A DNA stretch of 64,000 nt from Candidatus Limnocylindrales bacterium (GTDB lineage Bacteria > Chloroflexota > Limnocylindria > Limnocylindrales > CSP1-4), in assembly GCA_035540555.1 (NCBI GenBank), contig DATLGJ010000040.1, forward strand, positions 2,656 to 66,655. Direction: 5' to 3'. Under the pieces are notes generated by a model. It saw nothing but the letters and a program-made list of their open reading frames with translations. It had not been told where the DNA came from and did no database searches. Made by a program: the position numbers and the translations under genes. Of the stretch, positions 47,332-55,570 are shown piece after piece. Within the stretch, counting starts at the first letter, position 1. Each line of letters starts with the position of its first letter.

Positions 47332-49251
47332 TTGACTCGACCGTTACCGCGTCTAGCCGGCATGGCCCTCGCGCTACTCCTTGCAGTGGCGGCCGCCGTC
47401 CCCGCTGCGCCGCCGGCACGCGCCTCGGGCCCGAGCATCGAGTGGGCCACATCGATCGGCGCCGATGGGCCGGTGCAGATCACGCACATCGTTGCCGACG
47501 GAACCGGAGTGATCGTCGCCGGAACCGCGCACGGCGTCATCAACGGCCAGGTGGGCATGGGTTCGAGCGACGCGTTCGTAGCCGCCATCAACGCCAATGG
47601 CTCCCTGCTCTGGGTACGCCAGTTTGGGACGGCGAGCGGGGACTCCGTCGAAGGGCTCGCCGGGGACGCGACGTCCCTGTACGTCGTCGGGCGCACGTCG
47701 GCTTCGTTCGACACCGGTCAGGCGCTGGAACGTCCAAGCGCCTTCATCGCACGTCTCAGTCGGGCCGGCAGCCTGCTGTGGGTCAAGAACTACGAGCGGG
47801 AATGGTGGGCGTACTTTCATGCCGTCGCCACAGGTCCCAATGGATCGGCAATCGTGATCGGCGAGGCCAATGACCGCACGCCCGAGTACCGCGGCTACTT
47901 CGTCCGGCGGTACAGCTCCACCGGGAGCGTCGTGTGGACGCAGAAGGTATCCGGGCGGCTGCACGCAGTCGCTTCTGACGACGGTGGTTTCACCGTGGGC
48001 GGTGCGCTGAAGTACGCGCCTACGGCTTACCGCGGGAACCCGTGGGTCGCGCGCTACAACTTCGCCGGCGCCCAACAATGGAGTCGGTTTGTCACGGACG
48101 GCATCAATCCAGACAACGGTGAGCCCATGGAGCTCAATGGGCAGATCGACGTGCTGGCGTCGGGCAGCTCAGGCGTCCTGGCCGGCGGCTCGGGCAATAT
48201 CCCACCCAGCGGGCTGCCTGCTGGATCGAGCTCGACCAAGTTCGCGCGGTTGTTCAACTATGACGGGAGCCCCGGCTGGACGACCGGTGCATGGGTCGCG
48301 AGTGCGTCCGCAGAGTGCTCCGGCTTTCTTATTGCCGCCGTCTTCCAGGGCAGCGATGAGTACTTCGGTGGCCGCGCCCTCGGCATCGGAGCCTCGGGCA
48401 ACGAACGCTGGCGTTTCGAGCAGCGCGGCAGCTCGTCCGGTGGTGAATGGGCTTACCACGGCATCGTTAGAGCGGGTTCCCGCGTCTTTGTGCTCCGCGA
48501 GCACCGCCAGTACGATCCGACGGGCGCCGGCTACAGCGTGGCCGCGCTGCGTGATGTCCCAGATCCCGTTGGCTGCGGATTCTCGACGCCAACGGTCACT
48601 TCGCCGCAGCCGGCCATCGCGCCAGTCGGCGTGACCGCGAGCTACGCCGGAGCACCCATGGAGCTCAGGTGGTCGGGCAGCGGCGGGCGGCCCGGGACCG
48701 TTCGTTACCAGGTCCGGCGGAGCATCAACGGCGGCGCATGGACGACCGTTGCCACCGGCCTGACCCAGTCCGCGCTCATTCGGCGCCTGAAGCCCGGGCG
48801 CAACTATCGCTTCGGCGTCCGGGCGGTCGACGGAGACGGCCGCACATCCGCCTGGGCCGACGGCCCGTCGTTCTTCGTTGGCGCCCGACAAGAGCGGTCG
48901 ACGGCGGTTACCTACAGCGCCCCCTGGGGTGAAGACGCGGCATCCGTGTACTTCGGCGGCTATATGCGCTTCTCTCGCCAGTCTGGTGCATGGGCAGGCA
49001 CGACAGTGAATACCGGGGCGATAGGGTGGGTGACCAGCACGGGGCCCCATTACGGAGCCGCGCGGGTCTTTGTGAATGGCACCTACGTGGAGACGGTTGA
49101 CCTGTACTCCCCCACAGTGCGCCACCGCGTGCTTGTCTTCAGCAAGAGCTGGGCCAGCGCGGCGAGCCGATCGATCCGGATCGAGGTGTCGCAGCCACCG
49201 CAGTCCGGCAGGGCGCTCGTCGAGCTGGATGCCTTCGTCTTCTGGCGCTAG
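47332..49251 (+). CDS. Secreted protein: N-terminal repeat-rich (probably beta-propeller) region, then FN3 and the same C-terminal beta-sandwich module as the divergent neighbour
   Basis: 639 aa. The signal peptide is LAGMALALLLAVAAAVPAAPPARA. FN3 is YQVRRSINGGAWT...YRFGVRAVDGDGRTSAW. The C-terminal ...VDLYSPTVRHRVLVFSKSW...ALVELDAFVFWR parallels ...VDLYAPSRRAAQLVWSGSF...VRVDVDAFLSYP of 43928-47164. Confidence 0.75.
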   Translation: MTRPLPRLAGMALALLLAVAAAVPAAPPARASGPSIEWATSIGADGPVQITHIVADGTGVIVAGTAHGVINGQVGMGSSDAFVAAINANGSLLWVRQFGTASGDSVEGLAGDATSLYVVGRTSASFDTGQALERPSAFIARLSRAGSLLWVKNYEREWWAYFHAVATGPNGSAIVIGEANDRTPEYRGYFVRRYSSTGSVVWTQKVSGRLHAVASDDGGFTVGGALKYAPTAYRGNPWVARYNFAGAQQWSRFVTDGINPDNGEPMELNGQIDVLASGSSGVLAGGSGNIPPSGLPAGSSSTKFARLFNYDGSPGWTTGAWVASASAECSGFLIAAVFQGSDEYFGGRALGIGASGNERWRFEQRGSSSGGEWAYHGIVRAGSRVFVLREHRQYDPTGAGYSVAALRDVPDPVGCGFSTPTVTSPQPAIAPVGVTASYAGAPMELRWSGSGGRPGTVRYQVRRSINGGAWTTVATGLTQSALIRRLKPGRNYRFGVRAVDGDGRTSAWADGPSFFVGARQERSTAVTYSAPWGEDAASVYFGGYMRFSRQSGAWAGTTVNTGAIGWVTSTGPHYGAARVFVNGTYVETVDLYSPTVRHRVLVFSKSWASAASRSIRIEVSQPPQSGRALVELDAFVFWR

Positions 49252-49443
49252 GGACCGCGGGCACTGTATCGATGCCCGGGGGTCGGAGCTCCTCGGTCGC
49301 CCTCCCAGCGACAGAGGGCGCCCTCATACCCGGAGTTCGTTGCAGGGGTCCGACAAAACGTTCTCTGGGGTCGCGGGGGAACATCGGCTCGCCTAGGCTA
49401 GGTGCCTTGGTCACGGGGTGTTGCCGGCCAGGGCTAGGACCGC

Positions 49444-49824
49444 ATGCCACGACCCATCGAGCGAGTGTTTCCGAGAGATGACGTCAACTTCTTGGCGCTC
49501 GTCGACTCGACATCCCTCACCTCGAGAAGCCCGACCGACCTCCAGCGCCGTCTGCGCAGCGCCTATCCGCGCGCTGTTGTCCGCGCTCGCGACCTCGACG
49601 GCGAGCAGACCGAAGTTTGGTATGTCTACCGCGACGGATGCTGGGTGGCGAGCAACATTGATTTGACAGCTCGCGCGACTACTCACCCGGCTGGCGCAGT
49701 GAGCGGCGGTGCTCAGCTCGAAGGCCGTCGGCGAGATCCAGAGCGCGCTCCATCGCAGCGCGGGCGCCGCGCAGCTCGCGCTCGGCAGTCCGCCAGTCCT
49801 CGAGGATCTCGCTCGGCTTCCTGA
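49444..49824 (+). CDS. Small hypothetical protein (EVWYVYRDGxWV family), paralog of 30834-31040, with a non-conserved read-through tail
   Basis: MPRPIERVFPRDDVNFLALVDSTSLTSRSPTDLQRRLRSAYPRAVVRARDLDGEQTEVWYVYRDGCWVASN... The paralog stops 3 aa after WV. This copy continues for about 55 more aa and overlaps the convergent gene by 146 nt. Confidence 0.45.
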   Translation: MPRPIERVFPRDDVNFLALVDSTSLTSRSPTDLQRRLRSAYPRAVVRARDLDGEQTEVWYVYRDGCWVASNIDLTARATTHPAGAVSGGAQLEGRRRDPERAPSQRGRRAARARQSASPRGSRSAS

Positions 49825-50086
49825 CCGTCTGGCCATCACCGATGATAGCTTCGTGAGCCATCTCGATGAGTCGCGTCTGATAACGGCTCAAGCCGACGAG
49901 TCCGACCGACGCGTCCTCGATTTCGTGCGCCAGGTCGATGCGCTGTTCATCGCGGGGAGACATCGCGCGCTTACGGCGCTCCATCCCGTCGATGCGCTCC
50001 AACTCACGGAGGAACTCATCTGAAGAGCGCTGAAGTTCCTCTTCGCTGCGCGAGTCACCGGATGGTTGAGTGTGCTGCTCGGCCAT
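49679..50086 (-). CDS. Hypothetical 135-aa helical protein with a C-terminal ILEDWRTAE motif; paralog of 31126-31533
   Basis: From ATG 50086 (SD AGGAAG): MAEQHTQPSGDSRSEEELQRSSDEFLRELERIDGMERRKRAMSPRDEQ...PSEILEDWRTAERELRGARAAMERALDLADGLRAEH. The track start at 50248 adds non-protein-like sequence. Confidence 0.6.
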   Translation of the reverse strand: MAEQHTQPSGDSRSEEELQRSSDEFLRELERIDGMERRKRAMSPRDEQRIDLAHEIEDASVGLVGLSRYQTRLIEMAHEAIIGDGQTVRKPSEILEDWRTAERELRGARAAMERALDLADGLRAEHRRSLRQPGE

Positions 50087-50267
50087 GCCCGCTTCCTGAC
50101 CCGGCGCGCTGGTCGAGTCGCCGCGAAGCCTGAACGTGCGGGACGAGACTGGCTGCTGCCAGGGCTTGGCCCGCATGGGCGCCGAACGGACACCCATCCT
50201 ACCACTTGCGATTCCACACAAGAATCGCACGGTTGCGCAGGAATCCACGCGTGAACGGCGTTGGAGG

Positions 50268-50344
50268 TGGGGTGGCCTACGGGGCTTGAACCCGTAACCT
50301 TCGGAGCCACAATCCGATGCTCTGCCGATTGAGCTAAGGCCACC
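50268..50344 (-). tRNA. tRNA-His (anticodon GTG), encoded G-1 and CCA
   Basis: Manual cloverleaf of the rc sequence: G-1, acceptor GTGGCCT/AGGCCAC, D arm GCTC/GAGC, anticodon stem TCGGA/TCCGA with loop TTGTGGC, T arm ACGGG-TTCAAGC-CCCGT, discriminator C, CCA. Confidence 0.95.
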
Positions 50345-50453
50345 AAGGCTCGGCGCCGTGGTGACGGCGCGCCGAGGCGGTGCCGATTCTACCCGAGATC
50401 GACGGACAGGCCGCCCGCGCCGGTTCGGCCGGCGCCGGCTACCCTAGCGCGCA

Positions 50454-50822
50454 ATGAACGTGCCCGACTTCATCGCCCGCCAGTTTTACGTCGCCGGCAG
50501 CCTGCGCAACACCGACAACGGCTTCCAGCTCGAGGCCCACAACCCGATGGGCAACGGGACGCTGGTCGGCGTCGGCCGGCTGCGGGTGGACGGCCGCGAC
50601 ATCGACCCGGCCGGTGTCAGCGCGCAGCGCCCCGGCGAGGAGGCGATCCGCGCCAACGACGTCACCAGGGAGCGGCCGATCCCCGTCCGGATCGGCGACA
50701 GGGTGGTGCTGAAGGTCGACGGCGAGCAGCTCGAGCCGGGTTCGCACGAGCTGGAGGTGACGCTCTACGAGGTCAGCCTCGGTCGGCTGTCGTTCAAGAT
50801 CCGCGACCAGGTGGTCGGCTGA
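50454..50822 (+). CDS. Hypothetical 122-aa protein
   Basis: MNVPDFIARQFYVAGSLRNTDNGFQLEAHNPMGNGTLVGVGRLRVDGRDI...ELEVTLYEVSLGRLSFKIRDQVVG. The composition is protein-like and the coding strand is clear. No family was confidently recognised. Confidence 0.55.
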   Translation: MNVPDFIARQFYVAGSLRNTDNGFQLEAHNPMGNGTLVGVGRLRVDGRDIDPAGVSAQRPGEEAIRANDVTRERPIPVRIGDRVVLKVDGEQLEPGSHELEVTLYEVSLGRLSFKIRDQVVG

Positions 50823-50832
50823 CCACCGCCAA

Positions 50833-52659
50833 TCAGCGCGTCGGCTGCGAACCCGTCACCTGCAGCCGGTACACCCGGACGTAGTCGAACTCGGCGGTGA
50901 AGCCGGCGCCGCCCATCGAGACGAGCCCGACCGACGGGTCGTCGAGGTCGTGCGTCCAGACACCGCCCCGCGTCCACGTCTGGCCATCGCGGCTGGTGTA
51001 GGCCTGGTAGAGCCGCTCGCCGCCGCGCGTCCAGCTGGCGATGCGGAACCAGGTCCACTCGTTCGGGGCCGCCACGACGGTGTTGCCGTAGCGCTGGCCG
51101 GTCACGATGGGCGTCGGGATCTCCTTCGCCCACTCGGTCTGGCGTGTCTCCCAGATCGAGACGTGGACCAGCTTCAGGTACGCGTCGTCGTCGCCGTACA
51201 CGAGCAGTCCAGCCTGGGTGTAGTTGAAGCAGCAGCCCTCCGGCGGCAGGTTGAGCCGCATCCGCGTCTCGATCATCCAGTTGCCCTCGGGCAGGTCGCG
51301 GGTCAGCACCGAGGCGCTGTTGTTGTCCTCGAACAGGTCGGCATTCTGCGTGTCCCAGCGCAACACGCCGCCGCCGACGCTCCAGGTGGTCGAGCTGGGC
51401 TCGCGCACCCAGCTCCATTCGGCGCCGAGGGAGTTGCCGCTGAAGTCGTCCTGGTAGAGCACCTGCCGGGCGGTGTGGCCGACAGGTCCGAACGTGCGGT
51501 AGCGGCTGACCTGGCCGGGCTGGGCGGCGGGCCGCTTCATCGGCTCGTCCGACGCCCACTGGCCGCCGCGGACGGTCGGCCAGCCACCGATCCAGTCGAT
51601 CGGGTCCAGCAGCACCGGCCTCTTGGGCACGCGGAAAGGCGGGCCTTCGATCCAGGGGTCGTTCCGGTCGATAGCGTGGTAGGCCGTCCACCACTGCCCG
51701 TCCAGATCCTGGAAGACCGTGTTGTGGCCGGTGCCCACCCAGCGGTTGCCATTCATCGTGAGCACCGGTGTGCCGCCCACTCGTCCGTCCATGAACGACT
51801 GACCGTCGCGGTCGACGAATGGCCCGAGCGGGCTCTCGGAGCGACCGACGAAGACGCTGTAGCCGGTCAGCTCGCCGCGGCAGCAGTCGGTCGCCGAGAC
51901 GAACATGTACCAGTAGCCGTTGCGCCAGACGAGCTCCGCGCCCTCATAGCGGTTGGAAATGGCGACGTTCGTCTGGCTGCCGGGGGCAGTGCTCAGCCCG
52001 TCGGCCGAGAGGGCGCGCACAGAGATGCCGCCGAAGTAGCTGCCGTAGTACATGTAGCGCTGGCCGTTGTGCTCGATCACGTCCGGGTCGTAGACCCACC
52101 GCCGAGAGTCCGGACAGCAATCAGCCGGGTGCGGCTCGATAACCGGCGAGTCGTGATGTGTCCACGGCCCGAGTGGGCCGTCTGAGGTGGCCACCCCGAT
52201 GGCGCTCCCGCCGCCGGGCAAGGTCGTTTCGGTGACCGTGTAATAGAGGTAGTACCGGTCGTTGAAGAACTGGATCTCGGGCGCCCACAGCCCGGAGTTG
52301 GCGGTGGCGTAGGTCGGCCGCTCGGTGAAGGCATCGCCCTCGTAGGTCCAGTTGACCAGGTCGGTCGAGCTGAGCATCGGGATCATGCGGAAGCGCAGGT
52401 TGCCCGCCTCGTCCCTGTCGGCCTCGTTGAGCGGGTCCATCGTGCAGTACATGTACCAGCGCGTGTCGCCCGACTGCTGGCCGCGGATGAGGGTCGGATC
52501 CGCGCAGGTCTCGACCAGGCCGTTGCCGGGGATCCGCACGGTCAGGGGGTTGAGGTAATTCTGCGACGAGGCCTCCGTCGCCGGCGGCGCGGCCGGCAGG
52601 GACGTCAGGACAACGGCCACCAAGGTAGCGACCAGAACGCGCCGGACATAGGCGCCCAT
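50833..52659 (-). CDS. Secreted glycoside hydrolase family 43 with a C-terminal concanavalin-like beta-sandwich domain
   Basis: From ATG 52659 (SD GGGAGGGAAG): a signal peptide, then GH43 five-bladed-propeller motifs (CADPTLIRG..., GLWAPEIQFFNDRYYLYYT, WTGTGHNTVF). The C-terminal domain is FSGNSLGAEWSWVREP...GAGFTAEFDYVRVY. Confidence 0.85.
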   Translation of the reverse strand: MGAYVRRVLVATLVAVVLTSLPAAPPATEASSQNYLNPLTVRIPGNGLVETCADPTLIRGQQSGDTRWYMYCTMDPLNEADRDEAGNLRFRMIPMLSSTDLVNWTYEGDAFTERPTYATANSGLWAPEIQFFNDRYYLYYTVTETTLPGGGSAIGVATSDGPLGPWTHHDSPVIEPHPADCCPDSRRWVYDPDVIEHNGQRYMYYGSYFGGISVRALSADGLSTAPGSQTNVAISNRYEGAELVWRNGYWYMFVSATDCCRGELTGYSVFVGRSESPLGPFVDRDGQSFMDGRVGGTPVLTMNGNRWVGTGHNTVFQDLDGQWWTAYHAIDRNDPWIEGPPFRVPKRPVLLDPIDWIGGWPTVRGGQWASDEPMKRPAAQPGQVSRYRTFGPVGHTARQVLYQDDFSGNSLGAEWSWVREPSSTTWSVGGGVLRWDTQNADLFEDNNSASVLTRDLPEGNWMIETRMRLNLPPEGCCFNYTQAGLLVYGDDDAYLKLVHVSIWETRQTEWAKEIPTPIVTGQRYGNTVVAAPNEWTWFRIASWTRGGERLYQAYTSRDGQTWTRGGVWTHDLDDPSVGLVSMGGAGFTAEFDYVRVYRLQVTGSQPTR

Positions 52660-52822
52660 GCTTCCCTCCCAAAGGTCGACGACGGCTGCCCGGGCATGTG
52701 CCGGTGGGGCAAGTTTGACGAAATGCACCGGTCCGACCCGACCGCTGACGTCGGCATCGACCTTGCGTGCGCATTGCAAAGGTGCCCCGGTATCTTCCGG
52801 CGGGCTGGTAGCATGCCACTCG

Positions 52823-53512
52823 ATGATGCTTGCCACGCGCCTGGCCCGGGTGCCGCCCTTCGAGCGGGGACTGACGCTCGGCGATTTCCTCGTTCCGGTC
52901 CGTCTGGGCGAGCGCGCCGCCACCTGGCAGCGCAACCTGCTGATGATCGCCGCCTGCACGTTGCTGATCATCCTCGGCGCACGGATCAGCTTCTACCTGC
53001 CCGGATACCCCGAAGTGCCCGTCTCGCTGCAGACGTTCGGCGTGCTGCTCGGCGGAGCGCTGCTCGGCTTCAGGCGTGCCCTGGCAGCAGTTGGGCTGTA
53101 CATCCTGGTAGGCGTGGCCGGGCTCCCGGTCTTCGCGTGGGACGCCGCCACCGAGACGTACCGCTCCGGCATGTCGACCATCGTCGGCATTCGCGAGGGG
53201 GGCTTCGTGCTCGGTGGTACCGGCGGTTACATCATCGGCTTCCTTGTCGCCAGTGGGCTCGTCGGCCGGCTGGCCGAGCTGGGCTGGGATCGCCGCATCG
53301 GCGCGTCGGCGCTGGCGATGCTGATCGGCAGCCTGGTCATCTACGCGGTCGGTGTGCCGTGGCTGGCCCTCGCCGCTGGACAGGATCTGGGCTGGGCCAT
53401 CGGGCGCGGCTTCTATCCGTTCGTGCTGGGCGACCTGCTCAAGGTCGCCGTCGCGGCGGGGCTGCTGCCGGTTGGGTGGTGGCTCGTGCGGAGGCGGTCG
53501 GGCGACCTCTAG
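52823..53512 (+). CDS. bioY: BioY-family biotin transporter S-component
   Basis: From ATG 52823: ...VPVSLQTFGVLLGGALLGFRRALAAVGLYILVGVAGLPVFA...GYIIGFLVASGLVG...YPFVLGDLLKVAVAAGL. No bioMN genes are adjacent. Confidence 0.85.
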   Translation: MMLATRLARVPPFERGLTLGDFLVPVRLGERAATWQRNLLMIAACTLLIILGARISFYLPGYPEVPVSLQTFGVLLGGALLGFRRALAAVGLYILVGVAGLPVFAWDAATETYRSGMSTIVGIREGGFVLGGTGGYIIGFLVASGLVGRLAELGWDRRIGASALAMLIGSLVIYAVGVPWLALAAGQDLGWAIGRGFYPFVLGDLLKVAVAAGLLPVGWWLVRRRSGDL

Positions 53513-54090
53513 TCGACGGTCAGCGCCTCGAGCATGATCCGGTTGGCCGCGTCGAGGAGGTCGCGCGCTTCGTGGTCGGCCCGATGCACGACGTCGAGGT
53601 GGTCGTCGCTGGCCGGCCCGATGCGGACCGTGTGAAGCCCCGCCCCGCGCCCCGCCTGCATGCCCTCCTGATCGCCGCCGATGTACCAGGATCCCCGACG
53701 TAGCAGGCCCAGGTCAGAGAGCGCGAAATCGATGAGGCCGCTGTCCGGCTTGGCGCACGCGCAGGTACGCTGCTCTCCGTGCGGGCACACGACGAACGTC
53801 AGCTCATCGGCGGCGTCGCCCAGCTGGTCGCGGGCGACCTCCAGGCGGTGCTCGGTGTCGCGCCCGGCGGCGCCCTCGGACGGCGGCGGGTCGACAAGCA
53901 CGACCACGCGATCGCTTATCACCCGGAGACGCTCGATCGCGTCCGGGAGGTCAGCCTGCAGTCCGATCTCGAGCCCACGCCGCCCCTGATGCATCGCCAG
54001 GATCACGGTATCCAGGTCGATGAACACGGCCGGCGTGGGCTCGTCCCCCCTTCCGCCGGTACGCGGACTGGTGGGGTCTCCAACAGCCAT
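53509..54090 (-). CDS. HAD-IIIA family phosphatase (GmhB / histidinol-phosphatase-like)
   Basis: 193 aa with AVFIDLDTVIL (motif I), a Zn-site-like CPHGEQRTCACAKP, and a late YIGGDQEGMQAGRGAG. Confidence 0.7.
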   Translation of the reverse strand: MAVGDPTSPRTGGRGDEPTPAVFIDLDTVILAMHQGRRGLEIGLQADLPDAIERLRVISDRVVVLVDPPPSEGAAGRDTEHRLEVARDQLGDAADELTFVVCPHGEQRTCACAKPDSGLIDFALSDLGLLRRGSWYIGGDQEGMQAGRGAGLHTVRIGPASDDHLDVVHRADHEARDLLDAANRIMLEALTVD

Positions 54091-54263
54091 GGCCCAAGGA
54101 TCGGGCAGCTCCCATTGAGCGCCATGCGCACGCGGGGCGGCCGCTCGTTGCAGTGCAGTTGCACGATGCCGATGCCGTGGCCGGCGTTGGCAGTGCCACC
54201 GCTTCCGCGCGCGACCGTAAGAGGCCCCGGTCGGGCACCAGGCCCTACAATTCGGGTGCGGCG

Positions 54264-54339
54264 GCGCCTGTAGCTCAGTGGATAGAGCGGGTGGCTTCGG
54301 ACCACCAGGTCGCGGGTTCGAATCCTGCCGGGCGCGCCA
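54264..54339 (+). tRNA. tRNA-Arg (anticodon TCG), encoded CCA
   Basis: Manual cloverleaf: acceptor GCGCCTG/CGGGCGC, D arm GCTC-AGTGGATA-GAGC, anticodon stem GGTGG/CCACC with loop CTTCGGA, T arm GCGGG-TTCGAAT-CCTGC, discriminator G, CCA. TACAAT lies 13 nt upstream. Confidence 0.95.
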
Positions 54340-54378
54340 ACATCTACCGTCTCACGAACCACGCTTCCTCGGAGCTTG

Positions 54379-55551
54379 ATGTCTGACTATCCCGGGTCGC
54401 TTGCCGGCCCGCTGACCGGTGCGCAGGCGCGCGAGGTGCTCGAGCGGGCATCCGAGGCAGCCCAGGGTGGCGACTACGAGCTGGCCTCGGGCCTGTTCGC
54501 CCGCCTGACCGGCAACCCGGATCCGACCGTCCATGTGGCAGCCCTGCTCGGATTGGCCGACTCGCGCTATCGACTGGACGACGAGGAGGGCGCTCTGCAG
54601 GCCTGGCTGGCCGCCACCCAGGCCCCAGAGAACCCGCTGACCTGGCGCGCCTGGGTCGCCCTTGCCGGCGCGCGTGTGCGGCAGGGCGACCTGACCGGTG
54701 CGGCTCGCTCGTATCGTGAGGCGGAGCGTCGCGCGCCGGCGGACGAGCGTCCTGCCATCGCCTCGCGACTCGGTTGGCTGAACAAGGAGATGGGCGACAC
54801 CGCCTCCTCGCAGCGCTACTTCGGCCGGGCGCGCGCGGCCAGCACCTTCACGCCCACCGCCACCTACGCGATCCTGGCCGTGACGGTCGCCGTAACCGCC
54901 GCCCAGCTGTTCGTGCCCCAGACCTCGGAGCTCGTCAACCAGTACCTGCCGCTCAACAAACAGGCGGTGCTGGCCGGCGAATGGTGGCGGCTGCTGACCG
55001 TGACACTGGTCCACGGGGGGTTGCTCCACCTCGCGTTCAACATGTACGCGCTGTACATCGTCGGTCCGCTCGTCGAGGCGATGTACGGCAGGCCGTTCTT
55101 CATCGGCTTCTACCTGCTGGCCGCCCTGGCCGGCTCGACCGCCAGCTACCTGGTACTGCCGGTCACCTCGGTCGGGGCGAGCGGGGCGGTGTTCGGCCTC
55201 TTCGGTCTGCTGGCGGTCGGCGCCCGTGTGCACAAGCCGGCGCTGGGGACGCGGGCGCGCGGGTTGTCGACGCAGATCGGCTTCCTCATCCTGCTCAACA
55301 TCGTCATCGGCTTCACGTTCCCGAACATTGACAATGCCGCCCACCTTGGCGGTCTTGCCGCCGGCGCTTGGCTGGGCCTGATCGTCGTGCCGCGCGGCGC
55401 CGCCCGCCTCGCCGACTTCTGGCGTCGGGAGCCGACTCAGGGCGTGGAGGCGCCTGCCCAGGGGCTGGCGCCGGTGCTGCAGCTGGCCGGTGTGCTGGCG
55501 CTGGCCGCGGTCATACTTCTGGCGCTGTCGATCAGGCCGTTCTGGCTCTGA
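54379..55551 (+). CDS. Rhomboid-family intramembrane serine protease with an N-terminal TPR-like domain
   Basis: It has WWRLLTVTLVHGGLLHLAFNMYALY, GASGAVFGL (catalytic Ser) and NIDNAAHLGGL (catalytic His). TTG 54376 is an alternative start. Confidence 0.85.
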   Translation: MSDYPGSLAGPLTGAQAREVLERASEAAQGGDYELASGLFARLTGNPDPTVHVAALLGLADSRYRLDDEEGALQAWLAATQAPENPLTWRAWVALAGARVRQGDLTGAARSYREAERRAPADERPAIASRLGWLNKEMGDTASSQRYFGRARAASTFTPTATYAILAVTVAVTAAQLFVPQTSELVNQYLPLNKQAVLAGEWWRLLTVTLVHGGLLHLAFNMYALYIVGPLVEAMYGRPFFIGFYLLAALAGSTASYLVLPVTSVGASGAVFGLFGLLAVGARVHKPALGTRARGLSTQIGFLILLNIVIGFTFPNIDNAAHLGGLAAGAWLGLIVVPRGAARLADFWRREPTQGVEAPAQGLAPVLQLAGVLALAAVILLALSIRPFWL

Positions 55552-55570
55552 GGGGGAAGCGAGGGGACAC

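Noticed and set aside
50087-50453. A search for a mobile-element signature (integrase, att repeat) around tRNA-His, and likewise around tRNA-Arg (54264-54339).
   Set aside because: No integrase, recombinase or transposase ORF occurs within the window on either strand. No obvious duplicate of either tRNA 3' end was noticed. Only the weaker compositional argument remains, and it is listed as a low-interest finding.
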